Notes under the pieces: model-generated
What the model saw: the letters and a program-made list of their open reading frames with translations, nothing else
Databases searched by the model: none
What the model was told of the DNA's origin: nothing
Translations under genes and position numbers: made by a program
Origin: Octopus sinensis
Lineage: Eukaryota
Direction: 5' to 3'
Length of the DNA: 64,000 bases
Assembly: GCF_006345805.1 (NCBI RefSeq)
Contig: NC_043020.1
Location: 16,492,001-16,556,000, forward strand
Shown: positions 13,314 through 25,724 of the stretch, piece by piece
Layout of the letters: every line of letters starts with the position of its first letter
How positions within the stretch are numbered: position 1 is the stretch's first letter

Positions 13314-14874
13314 CAGGGTGGGGCAAAGGGGACAGACATTTTTGAAAAATTCACAAAATCATTAATTTTAGCTGCAAACAAATTTTATTGATATCAATGT
13401 GTTGATATTGAATTAGCATTTGTCAAGAGCAAGTGTAGAAAACCTGCATCATTTCGTGTCGGTTTTCATTGATGCATTTCTGAAAGCATTCTTGGAAATT
13501 GGCCTCCACTCTCTCTAGCATTGCTCTGTTGATTTGGGCAACTTCTATGTGAATACCTTCCTTCAAATCATCCAATGTACAGGGCTTATGCGCATACACA
13601 CATACCTTGAGGTTTCCCCACAAGAAATAATTACACATGGAGAAACCAGTGGACCGAGGGAACCAAGGAATGTCATCAAACCTGGATATGAGGTGCTCAC
13701 CAAAGAGAGGGTAAAGAACATCCATTGATGCTCTGGCTGTGTAGACCATTGCCCCATTCTGCTGAAACCCCATACATTGAATATGCATGTGTTTTCATCA
13801 TAATTCAGGCACAAAGAAGTTGTTTATCACCTCGATGTAATGCTCAGAGTTCACAGTAACAACATTTTCCTTATTGTCTTCAAACAAGTAAGGACTAATG
13901 ATGGCAGCTTTTCCAACAGCACACCACACCATCACTTTTGGGCTGTGCAGTGGTCTTTTGTGCAGTTCACTAGGACTTTCAAGAGCCCAATAGTGATAGT
14001 TCTGTTGATTCACCCTGCCATTGAGATTAAAATGAGCATAATCACTCATTAACCCTTTTGTTACCAACCCAGCTGAAACCGGCTCTGGCTCTTTAGTATA
14101 AATGTCTTGTTTTCATAAGTTTTGAATTCAAATCTTCCACCAGACCTTAGTCACAATTTATGTTCCTAACACTAGCTCAATGATATCCATGTTATTTTAC
14201 TAAATTCTTTGTTATATTTAAAATAATTGGAAGAAGCACAGAGCATCTCAAAATAAATACAGTTACGAAAGGGTTAACAAAATGAGTTTGTCATTTGCCT
14301 CAAAAATTGCTTCCATCTGACGTGCAAAGTTAAGCCACTGTGCATAGTTCTATGGTTTCAACAGTTGCCCAATGACCAATTTGCTTGGGTAGAAATGCAG
14401 GTCTTCATGCAAAATATGCCTTACCAATTGATTACTGATGCCAAGTTCAGTGGGATACCTCCGAGCAGAGCGATTTGGACTCTGTATCAAAGCTTGTCTG
14501 ATGCGTTCCATATTTTCCAGGATCCATACAGTTTGTGGCACCCCCACCAGTCACTTATTCATTAGTGAACCTCATGTATGAAGTGCATTCACCCAACGTA
14601 ATACTGTGTTATGGGTGGGAACAGCCTTATTTCGGTGAATGTTGAAGTGGCACTGAAACTCATGCTGAACTGCTGTGACAGACTTCTTATTCTTCACTTA
14701 ACTGTCATAGGAAAACACACTATGCTTTATCGTCCACAGCGCCATGGCTTCACCTGAAAAGAAAAAAATGCTAAGACGTCACAGACCAAATGGTACCTGT
14801 CAGACATATGTCCCTTCCCCTGGGGCTGAGTAATAGCCATTTCAAAAAAATTCCGTCCTCTTTGCTACACCCTG
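13314..14874 (-). mobile_element. Decayed Tc1/mariner transposon, DD41D (rosa/Visitor-type) spacing
   Basis: TIRs CAGGGTGGGGCAAAGGGGACAG / CAGGGTGTAGCAAAGAGGACGG with TA flanks. Transposase fragments: ENMERIRQALIQSPNRSARR, MSDYAHFNLNGRVNQQNYHYW..HSPKVMVWCAV and QQNGA-(41 aa)-NYFLWG. The second and third catalytic Asp read as Asn; stops and frameshifts present. Confidence 0.88.
14053..14273. mobile_element. piggyBac-like MITE (family 1, 221 bp) nested in the DD41D transposase
   Basis: TTAA TSD at 14049-14052 and 14274-14277; CCCTTT..AAAGGG termini; removing it restores ILLMSDYAHF in frame. Confidence 0.9.
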
Positions 14875-15594
14875 TATATATCTTTAGAAGGTTATTTGTT
14901 TTCTCTGGTCAGAGAGGGCTGTTGGTTTTGTACCTACAAAATGCTTAGAGTTATAGGTAACTTATCAGACTGAAATGTGCCTCCAGCCATTTGAGCCTAA
15001 CCAGTCACCTATACAGCTAAGCACTTTATAGGTACGAAACTAATGGTCACTCTCTGACCAGCCATACCAAACAACCTTCTAAATATGTTATTGCTCTAAT
15101 ATTTTAGGGTGTGCTTCTTTTTTTTTAATTGATATATGAACTACTGACAATATATATATATTCTTTTACTTGTTTCATTTATTTTGCTGTGGTCATGCTG
15201 GAGCACCACCTTTAAGGGCTTTTTAGTCAAATAAATCGACCCCAGGACTTAATCTTTGTAAACTTTGTACTTATTCTATCGGGGTTTTTTTGCCAAATCA
15301 TTAAGTTACAGTGACACACTCACATACAGACACAGTTTCCATCTACCAAATCCACTCACAAAGTTTTGGTCAGCTTAAGGCTATAGTAGAAGACAATTGT
15401 CCCAGGTGCTACACAGAGAGAGACTGAACCCAGAACTATGTGGTTGAAAAGCAAGCTTCTTACCACACAGCCAAAAACCTTGCAGTATTCTATGCAAAGC
15501 TCATTCATAGTTATTGGCTCCTGGATGTCATCATACAGTGGAAATTCTCCTGTTACCTGATCTTGTTACATCAGGAATTCCGTAGCATCTGGAG

Positions 15595-15915
15595 AATTTA
15601 TATAAATACATGAATAATAGGAAATGGATTCAATGACATTATTCAAAATCACTACAATTGTTTCTATACATTATTACATGCACAATACATTGCTGAGATG
15701 ATATAATTAACATATTTTGTAATCACTATCATCTATCAAATGTGTAAAATGTGTTTCTTCAGGTCTGTTGTTCAATAATCTAACAAAGGACTTATTTAAA
15801 ATATTCACCTGAAGAAATATATTTTACATCTTTGATTGATTATATAATAAATTATGTCATCTGTAGTGATTTTAAATAAGAATGCCATTCAATCCATTTT
15901 CTGTTCTTCATATAT
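15595..15915. repeat. Degenerate foldback/MITE-like inverted repeat
   Basis: ATCTATCAAATGTGTAAAATGTGTTTCTTCAGG pairs with CCTGAAGAAATATATTTTACATCTTTGATTGAT; outer arms AAATGGATTCAATGACATT..AAATCACTAC pair with GTAGTGATTT..AATGCCATTCAATCCATTT. Confidence 0.55.
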
Positions 15916-16569
15916 CTATCTATCTATCCCTATATATACATACATATTTCTCCCTCCTCTTTATTATACGACATAAGCACTTACACACACATGAACATGC
16001 ACAATGGTAACCTCCGCCTACCAAGTTCAATTACAAGGCTTCAATCAGCCAAAGGCTATGGCAGAAGACACCTTGCTCAATATGGCACACGGTGGGACTG
16101 AACCAAAATCCATGTGATTGGGAAGAAAACTTCTTAACCACACACCCACTTCTTGTACCCATATAGTTACACCTGCGCTTATATGTATATTTTTAGTTAT
16201 TTAAATTTTTTTTTTCCCTTCGTTTTTGTCAAATTTGTAGAGTAGTATCAGTGACCTTTTGAAGGCCCTCCAAGGAGAAAAACTGTGCTTTCTTCAAATT
16301 TGTTTAGCCATAACTGTAAACAAACATAATTTCCAGGTGTTTTTTTTTGCTTTGTTTTTTTTTTGTTTTCTTTTTTGTTTTTGTTTTCTTTTTTTTGCAC
16401 TCCAACCTTTACATACAATTTGGCTCTCAGTCAATTTTCACCTTTTGACATTTTACTGCACCGTTTTTTTTTTTTTTTTTGTTTTTTTCATTTAAATGCA
16501 TTCTGCCAGAATTTGTCATAGCGGCAGTAATATATTTGAAGGAATATAAAGCAAACACATGACAATACA

Positions 16570-16653
16570 CACACACACATATACATACATATGTATATAT
16601 ATATATATATTATATATATATACCCACACGTATATATATATATATACCCACAC

Positions 16654-16692
<39 letters not shown>

Positions 16693-16706
16693 CACACGTA
16701 TGTGTA

Positions 16707-16739
<33 letters not shown>

Positions 16740-16940
16740 CCCACACGTATGTATATATATATATATATATATACATACATACACCCACATATGTACTTAT
16801 ATATATGTATATATATTATATACATACACACACATATGTACTTATATATATATATATATATATATATATAGATATATACATACATACATTTACACACACA
16901 CATATATGCACACACACATACATATATGTATACACACACA
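16570..16940. repeat. Compound (TA)n array with interspersed TACCCACACGT motif
   Basis: Motif at about 16621, 16645, 16689 and 16738, separated by variable (TA)n; explains ORFs 16559-17110. Confidence 0.9.
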
Positions 16941-17060
16941 TTATAATAAAGAAAATCAGTTTCTCTCTTTCTCTCCCTCTTCCTATGTATGTGTGTGTGT
17001 CTGTCTGTGTAAATATATATATTTATGGTTCCAGAGATTTTGATATATTTTTTATATAGA

Positions 17061-17109
<49 letters not shown>

Positions 17110-17486
17110 CCCCCCCAGCCTCCCTGATAGTGTATGCATATGTGAAGCTTTCATGTATGTAGTTCCTACATGCATGTCTGCATCCAAGCTTCTTCTATTT
17201 GTAAGATTCACATGGGGTGACAGGGTGGAAATATATAGAATCCTGCACCAAATAGTAAATGCAATAAATGTTTACTTGTGCATTCTTCGTCAGAGAATTG
17301 CATGAGATGTAATTATTGGTAAGTATTGATTAAAATGAAGAAACGCACAGTATGTCACAGAAATAGTGATGACATTCACACTTAGAAGTAGGGTTCAAAA
17401 GGTATGTATAGAAAATATTCAAGACAGCTTATTACACCAGTTAGAATTGGAATATATTTAACCTGTATGAACATATATATATATAT

Positions 17487-17797
17487 AAGTTCAGCAAAAA
17501 TTTAGATTCAAATGAATATGGTACTTAATTTAGATGCACCAGAATTCTGTATGGTGTTATCCATAAAAATGCGTGGGGTGATTATAATCAAAATAAGCAA
17601 CAAGAATAACTTTGGTAATTTGGTACGATCGTTTCGTACTACATTATTTTATTAAATGTTGTAAGTATTACAACAGATTTAAAATGCTGAGTACTCATCA
17701 TTTTAAATCTGTTGTAATACTTACAACATTTAATAAAATAATGTAGTACGAAACTATCGTACCAAATTACCAAAGTTATTCTTGTTGCTTATTTTGA
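17487..17797. mobile_element. TA-array-embedded element ending in a 210-bp spacer-less palindrome
   Basis: Arms 17588-17692 and 17693-17797 are reverse complements with 2 mismatches. An internally deleted copy with the same ends (AGTTCAGCA...CTTGTTGCTTATTTTGA) lies at 31351-31387. Confidence 0.7.
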
Positions 17798-17820
17798 GTA
17801 TATACATATATATATATATA

Positions 17821-18226
17821 TGGCGGTGTAGGCTACAGTCTAGTTACCCGTACAGTTAACCAGGTGATACACAAAGCAGTCATACCCAATGACTGGTGGA
17901 GCAGCACCATAGTCAACTGCTACAAAGGTAAAGGTGACGCATTAAATGGAAATAATTACAGATGTATCAAACAGTTGGATCAGCTGATGAAAGTTACGGA
18001 GAGGGTCATAGCCCAACTAATTAGGAAGAGAGTTAGTTTAGATTAGTTGCAGTTTGGGTTTGTGCCAGGGAGAAGTACCACTGATGCTATATTTCCGGTA
18101 AGACAGCTGCAGGAGAAATTCCTAACCAAAGGTAAAACTCTGTACTTGGCTTTTGTTGACATGGAGAAAGCCTTTGACAGGGTCCCCCAATCCCTTATCT
18201 GGTGAGCAATGAAGAAACTAGGGATA
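17821..18226 (+). pseudogene. RTE-clade reverse transcriptase fragment
   Basis: IPNDWWSSTIVNCYKGKGDAL..NYR..LQFGFVPGRSTTDAIFPVRQLQEKF..LYLAFVDMEKAFDRVP with in-frame stops. Confidence 0.9.
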
Positions 18227-18336
18227 GTGCATTCTCTCCTGATGACCCCATACACTTGGCTTCCAGTATGCAGAGTTCTCGACTGGTAGCACTTGCATAT
18301 TATGCAAGTAGCTTGCAAAACATCTATGTATGTATG

Positions 18337-18371
<35 letters not shown>

Positions 18372-18504
18372 TACGGTATATATTATAAAATAAATATATT
18401 CATATATATATATAATACTCTATATATTATAAAATAAATATACTTTATATATATATATATATCATACGTATATATTATAAAATAAATATGCTTCATATAT
18501 ATTC

Positions 18505-18530
<26 letters not shown>

Positions 18531-18536
<6 letters not shown>

Positions 18537-18879
18537 ATTTGGTGATGGTCATGTTGCCAGTGTAGCCAATAAATGTAATTGGTGTTCACTTGTTTCAGCT
18601 TTATTTTATATCTATTGTATTTCAGCCAGAGTTCTTTCACTACACTTCTGTGACCTCATCAGTGGTCCTTTGCTTTCTTCTTACTTTTTTGTGTGTCTCT
18701 CTCCTTACTAATGATCTGCCATTTTGTATACAAAATGATGAGGTCACAGAAGTGTGACAAAAAAACTCTGGCTGAAATACAATTCATATAAAATAAAGCT
18801 GAAGCAAGTGAACACCAAATATGTAGTGTGTTTGTTTTTATTAGCTAAACTGGCAACATGACCATCCCCAAATACAACA
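18531..18879. mobile_element. Foldback element (arms about 130 bp) with a hammerhead-like core in each arm
   Basis: TGTTGTATTTGGTGATGGTCATGTTGCCAG... mirrored by ...CTGGCAACATGACCATCCCCAAATACAACA. CTGATGAG-GTCAC-AGAAGT core at 18635-18662(-) and 18735-18770(+). Confidence 0.65.
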
Positions 18880-18962
18880 TCTGTTTCAACACACGAATTC
18901 ACATCAAGAATCTTGCAAAACGATATATAAACGTATATATATATATATAATATAATATATAT

Positions 18963-19050
18963 ACATTATTGGTGAATTGAAGAAATGGAGCTGAACGCAG
19001 ATTGAACATTTCTTCAATTCTGCTCCATTTCTTCAATTCACCAATAATGT
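18963..19050. repeat. 88-nt hairpin with perfect 29-bp arms
   Basis: ACATTATTGGTGAATTGAAGAAATGGAGC ... GCTCCATTTCTTCAATTCACCAATAATGT. Confidence 0.85.
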
Positions 19051-19201
19051 TTTAATTTCAATTATCCGCACCAATGCATGGTTGCAACACCATATGGTTG
19101 TACCTCCAACCGTGCTGTTTACTGCTGTGATTTTTGCTACTAAGGTATCGGTTAAACTTTTGATTAATCTACTACAAGATTATTCATCTTTCTATTTCAC
19201 A

Positions 19202-19276
<75 letters not shown>

Positions 19277-19380
19277 ATATATATATAGTATCATATATAT
19301 ATATATTATATATACATCTATATATATAATATATATTACTGTATATATTATATATATACATATATATATAAATATTATAC

Positions 19381-19425
<45 letters not shown>

Positions 19426-19436
19426 TATATATATAT

Positions 19437-19990
19437 TTAAAACTGTATATATTACAAAATAAATATGCTTTTTTATAATAATATATACATATTTAATATT
19501 GTATATATTCAAAATAAATATATATATATTAAAACTGTATATATTACAAAATAAATATGCTTTTTATATAAATATATATACATATTTAATATTGTATATA
19601 TTACAAAATAAATATATATATATATTTAAAACTGTATATATTACAAAATAAATATGCTTTTTATATAAATATATACATATTTAATATTGTATATATTACA
19701 AAATAAATATATATATATTTAAAACTGTATATATTACAAAATAAATATGCTTTTATATATATACATATTTAATTTGTATATATTACAAAATAAATATATA
19801 TATATTTAAAACTGTATATATACAAATAAATATGCTTTTTATATAAATATATATACATATTTAATATTGTATATTACAAATAATATATATACATATTTAA
19901 TATTGTATATATTATAAAATAAATATGCTTTTATATAATATATATAATATTTAATATTGTATATATTATAAAATAAATATGCTTTATATA
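19437..19990. repeat. AT-rich minisatellite, dimeric unit of about 87-97 bp
   Basis: TTAAAACTG at 19437, 19529, 19626, 19719 and 19806, alternating with a related CATATTTAATATTGTATATATTACAAAATAAAT subunit. Confidence 0.85.
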
Positions 19991-20053
19991 TAAATATATA
20001 TATATGTGTTGTATCTGTTATATAATGTAATTATGTTTTATATATATTGTCCG

Positions 20054-20085
<32 letters not shown>

Positions 20086-20149
20086 TGGTGTTTGTGTATA
20101 TACAAACATTCATATGTAGCCATATTTTTGTGTTTATGTAGAATATATA

Positions 20150-20391
20150 TATTACGGAGATGTATTTGCATAGCAAGTGACCTGTTCTGAGATCGTGTAC
20201 TTGAACAAAAACAATTGCAGCGTGAAAGGTGTTTATAAGCCATCTAAGAAACACACAAAAACTGTTCGATTCATTTCGACTTTGAGACCGCGACAAAAAT
20301 ATTTTGACAAATTAAATTTAAATGTCGAAGTGAATCTAACGGTTTTTGTGTTTTTCTTAAATGGCTTATAAACACCTTTCACGCTGCAATT
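20150..20391. mobile_element. Palindromic element, centre-deleted copy (family shared with 54183-54495)
   Basis: Inverted arms AATTGCAGCGTGAAAGGTGTTTATAAGCCAT... at 20213-20391, plus a shared unique flank GGAGATGTATTTGCATAGCAAGTGAC. Confidence 0.75.
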
Positions 20392-21067
20392 ATATATATA
20401 TATATATATATATATCGTATAGCATGTATCACACAAAGACACACACACATGCAGTCATTGTCAGTAGAAGGGCCCTAAATTCTCGATAGTCATAGTAGTA
20501 CCTTTGTGCTATATTCCATATTTTTGATATTTTAAACCTGGTAGTCATTTCTCTCTAAGTATGAACAAAAACCAGTTTCTTCCAGAGAGAGAGAGAGAGG
20601 AGGGAAGAGAAGAACTGACACAAGTACTTGGTTGATACTTTATCAATCTTGAAAGCATGGAAGGCAAAGTTAACTTCAATGAGATTTTAACTTAGAGACG
20701 GAATCAATTTGCAAGGCATTCTATCCCACACTCACACCTGCTAAATCAATGCCTTATATGCTCATATATGCACATGTATGTGTGTGTGTATGTATGTGTG
20801 TGTGTGTGTGTTTAGATTTACAAATAAGAGAAATGATTCCATATTCATAGTAGAGTTGATGTGAAAAATAAATGAGAAACTCAGAGTAGAGCCTGGGCGA
20901 AATCTCATGTATCATTACACACACACATACAAAGTGAAAGAAAACCGTTAAAGACTGTTAGATTATTTCATTTAAAATACAGCAATAAATTGTTGCAGTA
21001 GTTCTGCTAATTATCAAGATTCCCGTTAGACTGAAAGAATTTATGAAATGGGTGAAGATTTAAATAA

Positions 21068-21110
<43 letters not shown>

Positions 21111-22036
21111 CATGTACACATGTGTGGATATGCATGCATATGTGTGTGTCTATGTAGATGTTAATACTGGGTCTCATCTTGTTCTGAAAATCCTCTGCTG
21201 ACGATGAACAGGAAGGCAACGCTGTAGTAGTTAGCAGACAATCAATATGTAACCCACTTCCAATAAGCAAGCTACAAGTAGACAATGATTTTTGCCCTTG
21301 TTTATTGAGAATATTCATGAATATAAATCACTTGCTGGAATATAGTTGCTGCAACCTTTAAATTTCTCTCTCTGTCTTCTGTCTTTTTCTCTCTCTACTT
21401 CTCTCCTCTCCCCCTCTCCTCCTCTCCCCCTCTCCTTCCTCTCTATTCAACCCCCCTCTCCCTCCCTCTCTCTCTTCCCAGTAGCTAGTGCCACCAGTTG
21501 CTATATCGTAGTATATAGACCTATCAATATCTTAGCAGCAGTTCAGAATAGAGTAGAAATGAAATGAAATCAGATGTTCATAGATGTTTTTTAATGATTG
21601 ATTAATCTTTCTCCCCCACTTAAAAATCCAGGCATAAATTGATCTTTGAAAATAAACAAAGATTTGTTACAAAATATCCATTTTGTATTGCATTCCACAT
21701 CCATATACATACATACAGACATACATATGTATGCATATGCATATACATACATACACACATATATATATATATGTACGCACACACACACATATATATATGG
21801 TAATTGTTGTTATTCATATTATTAATGAATCTAAATGAAAAAAAAAAAAAAATTATAATTCACACCTGAAATATCTTAATCACTGATTAATTAGTTGTTG
21901 CTGCTTAAACACTTAATGACTTCCAAACGAACATATCTTTTATAATTCAAATAATTTATTTATGCATTTTAAAAATAAGAAAAAAAAAGACCTATTTATT
22001 TTCCCACCCCTTCCTATTAACTAAAATAATTCTGCA

Positions 22037-22075
<39 letters not shown>

Positions 22076-23577
22076 GGCGGTAAGCTGGATGAAATACGTA
22101 GCGGTATTTCATCTGTCTTTACGTTCTGAGTTCAAATTCCGCCAAGGTCGACTTTGCCTTTCATCCTTTCTGGGTCGATAAATTAGCACCATTTGCGTAT
22201 TGGGGTCGATGCAATTGACTGGTCCTCCTCCCCCAAAATTTCAGGCCTTCTGCCTAGAATAGAAAACATTATTATTTTTTTTATTATTATTATTATTATA
22301 TTATTATTATTATTATAGTAGTGAGCTGGCAGAATCATTAACACACTGGACACAGTGCTTAGCTGCATTTCGTCCAGCTCTTTACACTTTAAGTTCTAAT
22401 CCTGCAAAGCTTGACTTTGCCTTTCATTCTTCGGAGATCAATAAAATATATTACCAGTTCAACACTGGAGTCAATGTAATCAACTTATCCCACCCCTTGT
22501 GCCTATATTAGAAACCATTGTTATTATGATGGAGGCGGAGAGCTGGTAAAATTGTGAGCACATCATCCAAAATGTCTAGTGTCTTTCCTTCCTTGTGTCT
22601 ATTGCAGAAACTACTACATATGGAGATATCCAATGCTTTGATTCAGCCTGTTATTTCATTAGGTGGAGAAATGTTAAAATTGGTGGAAAATTTATTCCCA
22701 AGTTATATCCAGAGTTTGACCCCTAAGTTTCACAATCCAGCTGGTTGTTGTTTTTAACGGGTTATCTAAATTCAATTTTTGTTCTAGTGATATTTTATTT
22801 ACACAATCATTATCTTGTGTGTGCCCCCCTTTAGTCTTAACTGTTTGTAAAAAGAGCACTCAGAACCATAGTAGATTAATAATGTATTTCATTTTGGTTA
22901 AGTCAGTTCTCTTGCCACAAGGATTTTCACCTGTGGATGCAAAGATCTTATACACCCACAGGTGAATTTCAGAGTAGCAAGAGATAACTTGACCAAAATT
23001 ATACACACACACACACACACACATACACGAAAGGCTTCTTTCAATTTCCACCTATCAAATCCCCTCAAAAGGCTTTGATCAACCCAGGCCTTTCGTAAAC
23101 ACTTGTCCAGGGAGAAATGTGTTGGGACTGAACCTGGAACCACATGGTTGGGAAACAAACTTCTTAACCACTCATCCACACCTGCATCTACATGTATACA
23201 TGTGTATTAAATAAAAAATGTGACTTTTGGGCCACTGTATATATGTGTGTTTGTGTTTCTGAAGCCTTTATTAGTCTATGTATTTATACCTATATGTGCA
23301 GGCCTGTGCTACATTCACTTCGTGAAAAACTTGCAATTGTCTATGCATTCAAGTTTTCTGTCTGTATCCTACCACTACTCTAGGGAAATATTTTTCATAT
23401 TAATTCTTTAGCATTTAATCTGGCCATATCTAGCCCAAATATTCTACTTGTTTTATGTTAAAACAGACTAGATCCGACCACTCACGCCTTCTCTAATATG
23501 TCATTCTAAAAGTAATCAATCACATCAGTGAAATCTCAAAGTTTCAAGATAACGTGTGATTAATTCAAAACAATGTG

Positions 23578-24213
23578 GCACATCTCGAATTACGAAGGTG
23601 GAAGACGCTGAGAAGTTGTTCCTGTCTGGAGTGGCATCTCAACATCTTCCACCTGTGTAATTTGAGACATCTTGGATATCAAGTGGTCCAGCTGCATCAC
23701 CAACACTGAAGTCTTCAACCATACCAAGATACCCAGTATACTCACCCTGCTCCAGCAGTGCCATCTGCACTGGCTCAGTCATGTACATTGCATGATGGAT
23801 GGGAGGATCCTAAAAGACCTCGTGTATGGAGAATTGACCACTGGCACAAGAGCATGAGGACAACCTCATCTTCATTTCAAGGCCCATCTGCAAGAGAGAT
23901 ATGAAGTTGCTTGATCCAGACATTCTGAGATGGGAGGAGGTAGCAAATGATTGCCCTCGATGGAGACAAATACTGTGAAAGAGAATGAAGCAAGGGAAGA
24001 GAAACAAGAACTTGCCACCAAAGAAAAGCACACTTGACCGAAGGAAAAGCGTGTAGCACCAGTAGAGAGTTCCTTCAAATGCAGTCACTGTATGCGTGAC
24101 TGCTATTCCTGTGTGGGCCTCTACAGCCACAATAGATACTTCACCACCATCAGCAGCTGACACAGTTTCTTCAGGCTCAGATCCATGGTTTCTTGAAACC
24201 AAAAGATGCCTAC
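23578..24213 (+). pseudogene. RTE (BovB-like) LINE 3' fragment with C-terminal zinc finger
   Basis: ILDIKWSSCITNTEV..LHWLSHVHCMMDGRILKDLVYGELTTGTR and FKCSHCMRDCYSCVGLYSHNR; a shorter copy of the same end lies at about 34045-34190. Confidence 0.85.
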
Positions 24214-25503
24214 TATATTTGACAGAGAAATCTGAATACTGAAGGGTTAAAGGGCAATATGCCTTGGCACCAATGCTATTTCCAGCATTACTTTCAGAAT
24301 GCATAGAACTAGTATTGATGCTGCTGAACATTTCATATGATGCTCTAGCAATTCTACCAATCCATCATTCCAGATTGGCACTTAAAAAGGTATCTGAAAG
24401 GATGACAAACAATGTTAACCTCAGCGGGATTTCAATTCAGAATGCAGATAACCAGAACAAATTCTGCAAAGTATTTTATCCAGCATTCTAATGGCCATTC
24501 CCTTCCACCAATTCTTAGGCTTTCTGACTGTGTAAGAAATCAATATTAGGTCAATAACTAATTTTGTTTTATACCATTTTAATTTGTTTTGTTTTTTTTC
24601 TGCTTAGGCATACATTTAGTCTAATGAAAGACCATTGCTTTCTAATAGGGGTTAAATGCCACAAGATTCAGGGAAAGAGTATAATTTCATTTGATTGACC
24701 CCAGAACAAAATGGAGCTTATTTTATTGATTCTGGAAGAATAAAAAGCAAAATTAACAACAGTAAAATTTGAACCTAAATACCAAAAGACATTTTAATAA
24801 CTGCGCTGTAGACTCTATAAATCTACCTTACTAATTTAGATAATGAGAAGTATATTATATAATGAAATCTAAAGTAAATTATATTCTTTACGCTTTACTT
24901 GTTTCAGTTTATGGACTGTGACCATGCTGGGCAACGCCTTGATAATAATAGTTTTTCTGATACCACATAAAAAGCACCAGTGCTGGTGCCATGGAGTGGT
25001 TGGCATTAGGAAGGGGCACAGCCTTAGAAACCACACCAAAGCAGACAACAGAGTCTGGTACAATTCTCTGGCTTGCAGGCTCCTGTTGAACTATCCAACC
25101 CATGCCAGCAAGGAAGACAGATGTTAAATAATGATGATAATAATGATGATGATGATGATGATAGGCACAAGGCCTGAAATTTTCGGGGAAGGGGGCTTGT
25201 TGATTACACTGACCCCAGTACTTGACTGGTACTTATTTTATTGGCCCTGGAGGGATGGAAGGTGAAGTCAACCTCAGTATAATTTGAACTCGGAGCATAA
25301 AGCTAGAAGAAATGCTACTAAATATTTTTGTCTGGCATGCTAACAATTCTGCCAGCTCGTGGTGGCCTAAAAAGAAACACTTGCCCACGACACCATGCAG
25401 TGAGATTGAACTCAAGATCTTATGGATATAAAACAAGCTTCTTAAGTATTTGATTCAGTGATAATAATAGATTGTTGGTTGGGTTCCTATAAGGTTCCTT
25501 TAA

Positions 25504-25724
25504 CCCTTTTGATACCAACCCGGCTGAAACTGGCTCTGGCTCTGTAGTATAAATATCTTGTTTTCATAAGTTTTTAATTAAAATCATCCACCAAACCTTA
25601 GTCACAATTTATGTTCCTAACACTAGTTTAATGATAACAAAGTTATTTTACAAAATTCTTTGTTATATTTAAAGTAATTGAAAGAAACACAGAGCATCTC
25701 AAAATAAATACAGTAACGAAAGGG
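25504..25724. mobile_element. piggyBac-like MITE (family 1)
   Basis: TTAA TSDs at 25500-25503 and 25725-25728; colinear with 14053-14273. Confidence 0.9.

Noticed and set aside
16488-17211. Long overlapping ORFs up to 166 aa (YIYIY, ERERE)
   Set aside because: Translations of (TA)n, (CA)n and (CT)n microsatellites.
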